Part shown: positions 17,655 to 26,078 of the stretch, one piece after another
Numbering within the stretch: the stretch's first letter is position 1
How the letters are laid out: each line of letters begins with the position of its first letter
Source: Clostridiales bacterium
GTDB taxonomy: Bacteria > Bacillota > Clostridia > Oscillospirales > UBA644
Length of the DNA: 64,000 nt
Assembly: GCA_016281915.1 (NCBI GenBank)
Contig: JAEEJO010000077.1
Span: 65,508-129,507, forward strand
Direction of reading: 5' to 3'
Position numbers and translations under genes: made by a program
The notes under the pieces: generated by a model
Seen by the model: the letters and a program-made list of their open reading frames with translations, nothing else
The model's database searches: none
Told to the model about the DNA's origin: nothing

Positions 17655-18691
17655 TTGTTGCCTTTCGAATCCGAATCATCATTGTAGATTTTATGAAGCC
17701 TGTTCAAAAACAGGATTCCGCAGATAATGGGGAGATAGAATGTAATGAATCGCCAGATGAGCATCGCCGTCGATATATATTCATTATCCGTAAAATACAT
17801 GCTGAAAAATAAAAGAAAACTTCCTTCTGCGCCGAGTGCGGCTCCCGGCAACGGAACAAAAGATGAGATCATCAGCACAAACGAACTTGAGCAGAGAACG
17901 TTGAAAAATGAAATATCATTCGCTCCGAGCGCAACGCAGATAAAAAACGGTATCGAGAAATACGCGATTAGCTGAACCGCAGTAAGAAGCGTCATTTGGA
18001 ATATCACTCCGGTATACTGTTTCAGCTCACACATGTTTACATAAAAAAGGTCGATCTGATCGTATGTTTTTTGAATGAGTTCTTCTTTAGATTTTACGAT
18101 CTTTATTTTACTCAGAAGGGAAATAATGGCTTTGGCTGCTTTTTTTGTTCCGTTTCTGAAAAACGCTATCATTAAAAGTCCGCCTACTACGGCAAAATTA
18201 ACGAGAAAACCTATGAGAACTATATATCCGAGTGACGATATGTGCGAAACAAAGAAATTAAGCCTGAATATCAGAGCGATTATTGAGAAAAGCGTCAGGA
18301 CAATCTGATATATGATGAAGCGTGAAAACAAACTGAATGTCGCAAGACCTGCAGGCATACCCCTCTGAATAAGCACAAAGGCCTGCATAGGCTGTCCTCC
18401 GGTTGCAAATGGAGTGATGCTGTTGAAAAGCTGCCCGATCATAACTGTTTTTATTGAGTTTTTCAATCGGTGGGGCGGGTATACCTTTTTCGCGATAACG
18501 TATACCGTAAACGATTCCATCATCCAGTATACCGCCATCATAAGAAAGGCGGTGAGCATCGGGAGAAGGCTGGCATTCTGAAAAGCCTTAATAAAACTGT
18601 CTATGCCGTCTACAAAAAACAGATAAAAAACAAGAAGCAGCGTTACTAACACTAAAATGACGATATTTATTATCATCATCTTTTTTTTCAT
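17651..18691 (-). CDS. flippase-like membrane protein (lysyl-phosphatidylglycerol synthase TM-region family, UPF0104)
   Basis: 346 aa with about 8 TM helices and family block MIGQLFNSITPFATGGQPMQAF. There is no C-terminal aminoacyl-PG synthase domain. An AGGAGG RBS is present. Confidence 0.8.
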   Translation of the reverse strand: MKKKMMIINIVILVLVTLLLVFYLFFVDGIDSFIKAFQNASLLPMLTAFLMMAVYWMMESFTVYVIAKKVYPPHRLKNSIKTVMIGQLFNSITPFATGGQPMQAFVLIQRGMPAGLATFSLFSRFIIYQIVLTLFSIIALIFRLNFFVSHISSLGYIVLIGFLVNFAVVGGLLMIAFFRNGTKKAAKAIISLLSKIKIVKSKEELIQKTYDQIDLFYVNMCELKQYTGVIFQMTLLTAVQLIAYFSIPFFICVALGANDISFFNVLCSSSFVLMISSFVPLPGAALGAEGSFLLFFSMYFTDNEYISTAMLIWRFITFYLPIICGILFLNRLHKIYNDDSDSKGNK

Positions 18692-18726
18692 TAAAAATAC
18701 ACCTCCTGTTTTTTCTCATGTTCTTT

Positions 18727-18755
18727 ATTATACTACATTCGCAAATAAAATTCAA
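18727..18755 (-). promoter_or_regulatory. sigma-A type promoter for the flippase-like/amidohydrolase operon
   Basis: On the minus strand: TTGAAT (18755-18750), 17 nt, TATAAT (18732-18727). Confidence 0.55.
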
Positions 18756-18841
18756 GTACTTTTGAGCCAAAAAAAGATTTATTCTTATTTTCTGCCTAAT
18801 TATTATTAGAGCTGCGACATAAATGTAAATGACGGCTTCTA

Positions 18842-18870
18842 TTGACTTTTTATATAAAATATGATATAAT
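18842..18870 (+). promoter_or_regulatory. sigma-A type promoter for the DRTGG/hydrogenase-like operon
   Basis: TTGACT (18842-18847), 17 nt, TATAAT (18865-18870) with TGa extended -10. An AT-rich leader of about 110 nt follows. Confidence 0.6.
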
Positions 18871-18986
18871 ATAACAGAATAAACTAAAATGAGAAAATAT
18901 TGTCTGCAAAGATAAATGCACGATATATTTTGAGTCTTAACGAATTAAAACCTAAAAAATAAATAAAGGGGATAAGGAATCGTTTT

Positions 18987-19340
18987 ATGAAAATTACAAC
19001 AATCAAAGAGCTTCTTGACGCAGAAGTACTGTGCGGCGAGGAACTTCTTAATACCCATGTTTATTCCGCATGCGGTTCGGATATGATGAGCGACGTTCTT
19101 GCTTTCGTGAAAGATCAGGCTGTACTGCTGACCGGTCTTGTAAATCCGCAGGTCGTCAGAACCGCTGAAATGATGGATATCCATTGCATCGTATTCGTAA
19201 GAGGAAAAAAACCGGACGAAATGATACTTTCTCTTGCAAGAGAAAATAATATCGTGGTTCTTGCAACAACCGAAAGAATGTTTCCTGCGTGCGGAAAGCT
19301 TTACGCGAACGGTCTTATCGGTACAAAAACAGTAAAGTAA
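18987..19340 (+). CDS. DRTGG domain protein
   Basis: 117 aa. The core is DQAVLLTGLVNPQVVRTAEMMDIHCIVFVRG, typical of the DRTGG fold. A GGGGATAAGG RBS is present. Confidence 0.75.
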   Translation: MKITTIKELLDAEVLCGEELLNTHVYSACGSDMMSDVLAFVKDQAVLLTGLVNPQVVRTAEMMDIHCIVFVRGKKPDEMILSLARENNIVVLATTERMFPACGKLYANGLIGTKTVK

Positions 19341-19359
19341 TCTAATATGGAGAGTATCA

Positions 19360-19782
19360 ATGGCAGATGTTTTTAAACTTCGCTACGACGTCGACGGAGA
19401 TAACTTCATGGCTGCCGGCGCCGCTTCTTCGGATGTAAAAAAAGTTCTTCGTCAGCTCGGTATCGGTGCTGAGGCAATCAGAAAAGCAGCTGTTGCGATG
19501 TATGAGGGCGAAATAAATATGGTCATTCATGCAGGCGGCGGAGTCGCAGATATTACCGTAACTGACGATTATATTGAAATAGTTCTTTCAGATAAAGGTC
19601 CCGGTATACCTGACGTTGAACAGGCTATGCAGGAGGGCTGGTCCACCGCTCCTGACAATATAAGAGCCCTCGGCTTCGGCGCTGGAATGGGCCTTCCAAA
19701 TATGAAAAAATATTCTGACGAAATGAAAATCGATACGGTAGTGGGAGAGGGGACCACAATTACCATGCGGATCAATATCTGA
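19360..19782 (+). CDS. GHKL-type ATP-binding protein (SpoIIAB/RsbW-like serine-kinase/anti-sigma fold)
   Basis: 140 aa with N-box EGEINMVIHA, G1 DKGPGIPD and G2 GFGAGMGLPN. Confidence 0.8.
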   Translation: MADVFKLRYDVDGDNFMAAGAASSDVKKVLRQLGIGAEAIRKAAVAMYEGEINMVIHAGGGVADITVTDDYIEIVLSDKGPGIPDVEQAMQEGWSTAPDNIRALGFGAGMGLPNMKKYSDEMKIDTVVGEGTTITMRINI

Positions 19783-19823
19783 CGGTAATTGATAATTTCG
19801 CCGGAAAGATCGGAGTTGATCAA

Positions 19824-21074
19824 GTGAATACAGTTTCCAGCCATTCCGTTATGCTTGATTCTGAAAAATGCAAGGGTTGCATCAACTGCATGAAACGGTG
19901 CCCTACGGAGGCTATACGCGTCCGTAACGGTAAGGCGCATATTATAGACGATCGCTGCATAGACTGCGGCGAGTGTATAAGAATTTGTCATAACCATGCA
20001 AAGAAAGCTGTTTATGACAGCTTTGATATTATCAACGATTTCAAATATAAAGTGGCTCTTCCCGCTCCGTCACTTTATGGACAGTTCAACAACCTTACGG
20101 ATATCGACTATGTCCTTACCGGACTTAAAAACATCGGGTTTGACGATGTCTGGGAAGTATCCCGTTCAGCAGAGATTATTTCCGACCTGACACGCAAACT
20201 TCTCAATAAGGAAAACATAGTAAAGCCGTGTATAAGCTCCGCATGCCCCGCTGTTGAAAGGCTTATTGCGGTCCGCTTCCCTAATCTTTGCGACAATATC
20301 CTTCCCGTTCTTGCACCTGTCGAGATAGCAGCCAAAAAGGCAAGAGAGGAAGCAGTTAAAATCTCAGGACTGAAACCTGAAGAAATCGGTATCTTCTTTA
20401 TTTCCCCGTGTCCGGCAAAGGTAACGTCTGCAAAGTTCCCGATCGGACATGACGACAGACTTATCGACGGTGTGCTCAGTGCAAGTGAAGTCTATTTTCG
20501 CCTCGTTCCCGCTATGAGCGAAATAGACTTTCCTCAGCAGCTTTCATCTTCAGGTCTTGTCGGCATAAGCTGGGCATCTTCGGGAGGGGAATCATCCGCA
20601 CTTCTGCGAGATAAGTATCTCGCGGCAGACGGTATAGAAAACGTTATCAAGGTTCTGGAAGAACTTGAAGACGATAAACTGAACGATCTTGAGTTTATCG
20701 AGCTTAACGCCTGTGCAGGCGGATGCGTAGGCGGCGTTCTCAATATTGAAAATCCCTTTGTCGCTCGCGCCAAGATACAGTCGTTAAGAAAATATCTTCC
20801 TGTTTCACTCAACAGATTCGATCAGAGAGATAATTCCGTCGATGATTTTATGTGGACAACTCAGCTTGAGTACACTCCCGTCTTCCGTCTTGACAACGAC
20901 AGATCCGTAGCATTGCGTAAACTCAGAGAAATGAATAATATCTGCGAGTCTCTTCCCGGTCTTGACTGCGGTCTGTGCGGTGCTCCGACCTGCCGTGCAT
21001 TCGCAGAAGATATAGTTAATGAAGAGGTAAGTATAGATCAGTGCGTAAAGATGCAGATACAGGGAGGCAAATAG
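19824..21074 (+). CDS. [FeFe]-hydrogenase-like iron-sulfur protein (2x[4Fe-4S] ferredoxin + H-domain-like + C-terminal RnfB-type FeS motif)
   Basis: 416 aa from a GTG start 8 nt after GGAG. Ferredoxin motifs are CKGCINCMKRCP and CIDCGECIRIC. H-cluster-like motifs are ISSACPAV, SPCPAK and ELNACAGGCVGG. The C-terminus has LDCGLCGAPTCRAFAE. Confidence 0.85.
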   Translation: MNTVSSHSVMLDSEKCKGCINCMKRCPTEAIRVRNGKAHIIDDRCIDCGECIRICHNHAKKAVYDSFDIINDFKYKVALPAPSLYGQFNNLTDIDYVLTGLKNIGFDDVWEVSRSAEIISDLTRKLLNKENIVKPCISSACPAVERLIAVRFPNLCDNILPVLAPVEIAAKKAREEAVKISGLKPEEIGIFFISPCPAKVTSAKFPIGHDDRLIDGVLSASEVYFRLVPAMSEIDFPQQLSSSGLVGISWASSGGESSALLRDKYLAADGIENVIKVLEELEDDKLNDLEFIELNACAGGCVGGVLNIENPFVARAKIQSLRKYLPVSLNRFDQRDNSVDDFMWTTQLEYTPVFRLDNDRSVALRKLREMNNICESLPGLDCGLCGAPTCRAFAEDIVNEEVSIDQCVKMQIQGGK

Positions 21075-21075
21075 T

Positions 21076-21432
21076 ATGAAATACGATAAACCTTTTTCCG
21101 TCAAAGATCTTATAGCTTCCGGCGGAGCAAAGGCTGAAATGATAGAGGACGAAGACCGGCTTATTACCGGCGGTTTTGCTACCGATCTTCTCAGCCATGC
21201 TATAGGCAATGCGTCAAGCGGAGACGCGTGGCTGACGGTGCTGACAAATCCCAATATCACTGCTCCTGCATCAATAGCTGACGTTTCATGCATAATTGTG
21301 TGCGACGGCACTCCGGTTACCGAAGCATTGAGATCCAAATGCGAGATCATGGGCATCTCTCTGCTATCGTCTTCGCTACCCATTACAGATTTATCCGTAT
21401 TTTTATATAAGCTTCAGGAAGGTCAGAAGTGA
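21076..21432 (+). CDS. DRTGG domain protein (second copy)
   Basis: 118 aa containing the literal sequence DRLITGG. It starts 1 nt after the preceding stop. Confidence 0.7.
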   Translation: MKYDKPFSVKDLIASGGAKAEMIEDEDRLITGGFATDLLSHAIGNASSGDAWLTVLTNPNITAPASIADVSCIIVCDGTPVTEALRSKCEIMGISLLSSSLPITDLSVFLYKLQEGQK

Positions 21433-22151
21433 ATATCACAGATAAAGGGCTCGAACTGTATTACGATTTCCATATCCATTCGTGTCTGTCTCCGTGCGGT
21501 TCAGATGAAATGACTCCGCAGATGATCGTTGATTGCGCAATTGCAAAAGAGCTTGACTGCATTGCTTTAACAGATCATAATATTTCGGGCAATTGCCTTT
21601 CTGCTATCAGCTACGCTCAAGGAAAGGACCTTATTGTTCTTCCCGGCATGGAACTTCAGACGTCGGAAGAAATTCATGTTATCTGTATATTCCCGGATAT
21701 AGAAAGAGCCGTTCCGTTTGAATCATATGTCAGATCAACTCTTCCTCCGATCAAAAACGATATCCGGTATTTCGGCAATCAGACCGGCGTTCGTCCGGAC
21801 GGAACAACTTATGAAGAGGAACAGATGCTCGCTGTTTCTTCCGATATCCCTCTTTACGGACTTTATCCTCTTGTAGAATCATACGGCGGCATGGCGATAC
21901 CCGCACATATAGACAGAACGTCTTTTTCGATAGGCTCAGTCTTAGGTATGCTTGATAAGAGCATGGGCTTTCCTCTCGTTGAGGTCTGGAAGGATCCTTC
22001 GCTTGCCGATGCGGCAGGTATTCCGTATATTCAGTCTTCTGACGCACACAATATCGACGCGTTTTTTGAACGTGAATATCATTCGTTTATCGCCGATGAA
22101 AAATCTGCCGACGGCATCTTCAGGGCGCTGAAAAATATCGGCGCAAAATGA
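21429..22151 (+). CDS. PHP-domain metal-dependent phosphoesterase
   Basis: 240 aa with YDFHIHSCLSPCG, LTDHN, PAHIDR and SDAH. The GTG start overlaps the previous stop (GTGA). Confidence 0.85.
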   Translation: MNITDKGLELYYDFHIHSCLSPCGSDEMTPQMIVDCAIAKELDCIALTDHNISGNCLSAISYAQGKDLIVLPGMELQTSEEIHVICIFPDIERAVPFESYVRSTLPPIKNDIRYFGNQTGVRPDGTTYEEEQMLAVSSDIPLYGLYPLVESYGGMAIPAHIDRTSFSIGSVLGMLDKSMGFPLVEVWKDPSLADAAGIPYIQSSDAHNIDAFFEREYHSFIADEKSADGIFRALKNIGAK

Positions 22152-22190
22152 TTTTATGTGAATTTGTTTTATATTCAGAAGGAGCAGCAT

Positions 22191-24173
22191 ATGCGCGACG
22201 TTAAAAATGCGAAAACGGATAAGAAATTATCCGAAAAAAAATTGGCATCGGTTTCAGCAGTTTCAACCGATTCCGATTCTGACGCTCGCATTTCTCTGAA
22301 AACAAAAAAAGACATGAAAAATCAGTATAAAAAGGCTGAAAAAATAAAGCACCATTATTTCCGGACTTTTTATTACTCATTTGCGATCACTTTTATAATC
22401 CTCGGCGCCATAGCGATCCTGTATTTTATGTACCAGCAGGATAAAAACGTTTTCGGCTTTGCAGATAAGTATTATGATCAGGCTGTTTCTCAGATGGAAT
22501 CCGGCAACATGTCCCAGGCTGTCGAATCTTTGAATGAATGCCTTGATTACGATCCGGGACACACTCAGGCGCGTCTGCTCCTTGCCCAGGTTTACGAAGA
22601 TCTTGCCAGAACCGACGATGCAGTCAGAGTTCTTTCTGACGGAATAGAGATTTCACCCCGTAATGAAACGTTTTATCAAAAGAAAATACAGCTGCTGACA
22701 AAAACCGATAAAATATCCGATGCTATGGAGTTTATCAATTCCATTTCATCGTCGTATATCATCGTCAAGCTTTCCGACACTCGTCCCGCAACCGTTGCCA
22801 TGACACCCGACCCGGGAACATACGATTCATCCGTTCAGATCGAGCTTGTCAGCACGGGAGGCGCAACTATCTATTATACTCTTGACGGTTCTGCTCCAAC
22901 CACAAAAAGCCGCGTTTACGACCCCGCTCATCCAATAGTTATCGAAAAGGGCACCGTGACAATCCGTGCGTTTGCGATGAACAGTCAGTATATGATAAGT
23001 GATGAATACAGCGCAACCTACCGTATTTACAGCGCAAACTCTGCTTACATCTTCCTTGACGACAAGGTCGAACAGATGGTCAGGACCTCAATCAACAAAC
23101 CAACGGGAACGATATATTACCGTGACCTTCAGAACGTCAAACGAATTTCAAGCGAAGAAAAGGGCGATGTAAAGTATACAGGCAATATCACAACTCTTGC
23201 AGACCTTGTCGAAATGGCAAACCTTAACGAGGTAGTGCTTGTCAACGAACCGTATATAGAAGATTTTTCACCTCTTCTTCAGCTTAAATCCATGACGTCT
23301 CTCAACGTTTCGGGATGCGGACTTGACGACGAAAAGGCAAAGCAGATCTACGCAGTTTTGTGGCTCAATATCCTTAAAATGGATGATAATCTTCTGTCGA
23401 ATATAGACAATGTTCGCAATATGTCGGCTCTGCGTGAATTTTCGGCGGCAGGCAATGCTCTGAAAGACGTTTCCGTAATAGGCAATATGACGCTTTTGCG
23501 CGGACTTAATCTTTCTAACAATCTTATAAGTGATATCTCTTCGTTCTCCAATCTAACTTCGCTTAAAACGCTTGACATCTCAAATAATCTCGTAAGCGAT
23601 ATATCGTCGCTTTCATATCTCACGATGCTTACTGATCTTAATCTGAGCACAAACAGTATAAAGCAGCTCAATGCGATTTCACGTTTGCAGAATATCGAAA
23701 TTCTTACACTGAGCAATAATCCTATCCAGTATCTTTTACCCATTGAAGGGTTTACTGCACTTAAAACTCTCAAAATCGACGGAACCGGCGTTACCACACT
23801 CGGCGCACTTTCGGATCTTGTCAACATCGAAACGCTCGACTGTTCAAGAACGTCGATTACCGACTTTACATCGCTTTCAAAGATGAAAGTCAATACACTT
23901 ATTGCCCAGCAGGCAGGCATATCGGATCTCAGTGCTATCTCGCTCGCAAATTCCGTTAAAATGCTTGATATTTCGCTGAATACGATTTACGACGTAGCGC
24001 CTCTGTCTGCAATGACAAATCTTAACATTCTCAATATTTCAGGAAATCCAGTATCAAATTTCAGCACATTGCAGTTTTGCACCACGCTCGAAAGTATCAC
24101 CTGTGCGGGCGTTCCGATTACGTCTGCAGATGAAGCGCTTTTCGCCGGAACAGGTATAAAACTGATCAAATAA
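22191..24173 (+). CDS. membrane-anchored TPR / chitobiase-C-like / leucine-rich-repeat (internalin-like) protein
   Basis: ATG 22191 follows GAAGGAG. A basic N-terminus is followed by one TM helix (FYYSFAITFIILGAIAILYF), TPR-like helices, the block GTYDSSVQIELVSTGGATIYYTLDGSAPT, then about 12 LRRs of 22 aa. Confidence 0.8.
   Translation: MRDVKNAKTDKKLSEKKLASVSAVSTDSDSDARISLKTKKDMKNQYKKAEKIKHHYFRTFYYSFAITFIILGAIAILYFMYQQDKNVFGFADKYYDQAVSQMESGNMSQAVESLNECLDYDPGHTQARLLLAQVYEDLARTDDAVRVLSDGIEISPRNETFYQKKIQLLTKTDKISDAMEFINSISSSYIIVKLSDTRPATVAMTPDPGTYDSSVQIELVSTGGATIYYTLDGSAPTTKSRVYDPAHPIVIEKGTVTIRAFAMNSQYMISDEYSATYRIYSANSAYIFLDDKVEQMVRTSINKPTGTIYYRDLQNVKRISSEEKGDVKYTGNITTLADLVEMANLNEVVLVNEPYIEDFSPLLQLKSMTSLNVSGCGLDDEKAKQIYAVLWLNILKMDDNLLSNIDNVRNMSALREFSAAGNALKDVSVIGNMTLLRGLNLSNNLISDISSFSNLTSLKTLDISNNLVSDISSLSYLTMLTDLNLSTNSIKQLNAISRLQNIEILTLSNNPIQYLLPIEGFTALKTLKIDGTGVTTLGALSDLVNIETLDCSRTSITDFTSLSKMKVNTLIAQQAGISDLSAISLANSVKMLDISLNTIYDVAPLSAMTNLNILNISGNPVSNFSTLQFCTTLESITCAGVPITSADEALFAGTGIKLIK
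23364..24086 (+). repeat. 11 tandem 66-nt (22-codon) LRR units inside the CDS
   Basis: Units of pattern L..L.LS.N.I.DIS.L..L.., for example LRGLNLSNNLISDISSFSNLTS and LKTLDISNNLVSDISSLSYLTM. The periodicity is at protein level; the DNA copies have diverged. Confidence 0.7.
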
Positions 24174-24202
24174 TCATTTTAATTCCATAGAAAGGACCAA
24201 AG

Positions 24203-25162
24203 ATGGACGAAGTAATTACAATTAAAGGCAAACCGAAGCTGAAATATGCATGGCTTTTACTTGTTGCAGTTGTTATTATAATCATTGTTTCAACAAGTAT
24301 TTACACGGTAGGAGAGACGGAGAGGGCTGTCGTAACTACATTCGGCAAAGTAACTTCAGTAAACGGAGCGGGACTTCATTTTAAGCTTCCTTACCCGATT
24401 CAGTCTCTTGAAAAAGTTGACATGACTACTCAGAAGCTCACGATAGGCTATATCGAAAACGGCTCGACGCTTACCACAAAGCAGGACGAATCAAAAATGA
24501 TCACGGGCGACTATAATGTTGTATCCGTAGACTTCTTCATGGAGTGGAAGGTCAGCGACCCGCAGAAATACCTTTTCAATTCCGAACAACCTGTCAAAAT
24601 ACTCAAAAATATTGCCCAGGCTGCCGCAAGAGACGTTATGGGCTCCAAAACGGTAGATGACGTGCTGACTACCGGTAAAGTTGCGATACAAACCGAAATA
24701 AAAGACATTATGGTATCCCGTCTTGAGCAATATGATATCGGCGTTCAGATAATTGAGGTAAAAATACAGGATGCCGAACCGCCTACGGAAGCAGTCATAG
24801 GCGCATTCAAAGCAGTAGAAACCGCAAAGCAGGAAAAGGAAACAACGATCAATATCGCAAAGGCATATGAAAATTCCGTTATTCCCGAGGCTCGTGCCAA
24901 TGCCGATAAGCTTCTTAAAGAAGCAGAAGCATATAAAGAGAAAAGGATAAACGAGGCAACCGGCGAATCTGCAAAATTTACCGCTATGTATGAAGAATAT
25001 ATTCTCAACAAGGATGTTACGCGCAGAAGAATGTATCTTGAAATGATAGAAGATGTCTTCCCCGCTGTTGAAGTATATATAGACAACGGTTCGGGAATGG
25101 AAAAAATAATGGTTGTCGGTGAAGAATCGGATGTTCCCGTTCTGACCGGAGGTGCAAACTGA
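24203..25162 (+). CDS. hflK: SPFH/band-7 protein, FtsH protease modulator HflK
   Basis: 319 aa with an N-terminal TM helix and an SPFH domain (VVTTFGKV...GLHFKLPYPI). The C-terminus is a coiled coil. Confidence 0.85.
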   Translation: MDEVITIKGKPKLKYAWLLLVAVVIIIIVSTSIYTVGETERAVVTTFGKVTSVNGAGLHFKLPYPIQSLEKVDMTTQKLTIGYIENGSTLTTKQDESKMITGDYNVVSVDFFMEWKVSDPQKYLFNSEQPVKILKNIAQAAARDVMGSKTVDDVLTTGKVAIQTEIKDIMVSRLEQYDIGVQIIEVKIQDAEPPTEAVIGAFKAVETAKQEKETTINIAKAYENSVIPEARANADKLLKEAEAYKEKRINEATGESAKFTAMYEEYILNKDVTRRRMYLEMIEDVFPAVEVYIDNGSGMEKIMVVGEESDVPVLTGGAN

Positions 25163-26049
25163 TGAACAGAAAAAAGATCATATCCACAGCCGTTGTGGCT
25201 GTCCTGGTATTATTGGCGGCGATCGTCCTGTTCTCTTCGATGTATACAGTCAGAGAAGATGAATTTGGCATCGTTAAAATGTTCGGCAAAATAACCACCG
25301 TTCGCAGCGAAGCCGGATTGTATTTAAAGGTTCCTTTTGTTGAAGAAGTATCTTCTCTTCCGAAAAACAAGCTTATGTATGATGTTCCCTCAAGCGAACT
25401 TCTGACAAGCGACGCAAAATCACTCGTTGTTGATAATTACGTTATCTGGCTCATAGACGACCCGACTCTTTTTACACAGCGTGTCGGCACCGTAAGTGAG
25501 ATGGAAAAACGACTTGACGCTACTATATACAGCGTAGTTAAAAATACCATGGGTACCAAGCTTCAGACAGAGATCATTTCTGCCGGTGAGGGTAACAGAA
25601 ACGAAGTCAACAAACAGATAACCGCGCAGGTCAATTCTAACCTGAGTGCAGAATACGGTGTCTCTGTCCTGTCTGTCGAAATAAAAAAGCTCGATCTTCC
25701 TTCCGATAATGAGAGCGCAGTATATGCAAGAATGATATCCGACCGCGAGCAGATCGCCGCAGCTCTCAAAGCAGAGGGCGAACTTGAAGCGGCAAAAATA
25801 AGAAACGAAACCGATAAACAGGCCGCAATTATCGTTAGTGAAGCAAAAGCAGAATCAGATAAGATAACCGGTGAGGCAGAGGCAGAATATATGCGCATTA
25901 TGTCAGAAGCATATAACAGCGCAGAAAAACAGGAATTTTACGAGTTTATCCGTTCGCTTGACGCCGCACGTTTGTCTATGTCTGACGGAAAAAAGGTCCT
26001 TATCCTTCCTGCTGAAAGTGTTATCGGAAGAATTTTCATAGGCGAATAA
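25162..26049 (+). CDS. hflC: SPFH/band-7 protein, FtsH protease modulator HflC
   Basis: 295 aa with a TM helix and an SPFH domain (VREDEFGIVKMFGKI...GLYLKVPFV). The start overlaps the hflK stop (TGATG). Confidence 0.85.
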   Translation: MNRKKIISTAVVAVLVLLAAIVLFSSMYTVREDEFGIVKMFGKITTVRSEAGLYLKVPFVEEVSSLPKNKLMYDVPSSELLTSDAKSLVVDNYVIWLIDDPTLFTQRVGTVSEMEKRLDATIYSVVKNTMGTKLQTEIISAGEGNRNEVNKQITAQVNSNLSAEYGVSVLSVEIKKLDLPSDNESAVYARMISDREQIAAALKAEGELEAAKIRNETDKQAAIIVSEAKAESDKITGEAEAEYMRIMSEAYNSAEKQEFYEFIRSLDAARLSMSDGKKVLILPAESVIGRIFIGE

Positions 26050-26078
26050 AGTATTTTTAATCTATACGAGGTGTTATT

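Noticed and set aside
23364-24086. Regular 66-nt periodicity that could be mistaken for a repeat array or CRISPR
   Set aside because: The periodicity is at protein level (22-residue LRR units inside a long ORF). The DNA copies are diverged, and there is no repeat-spacer structure and no cas genes.
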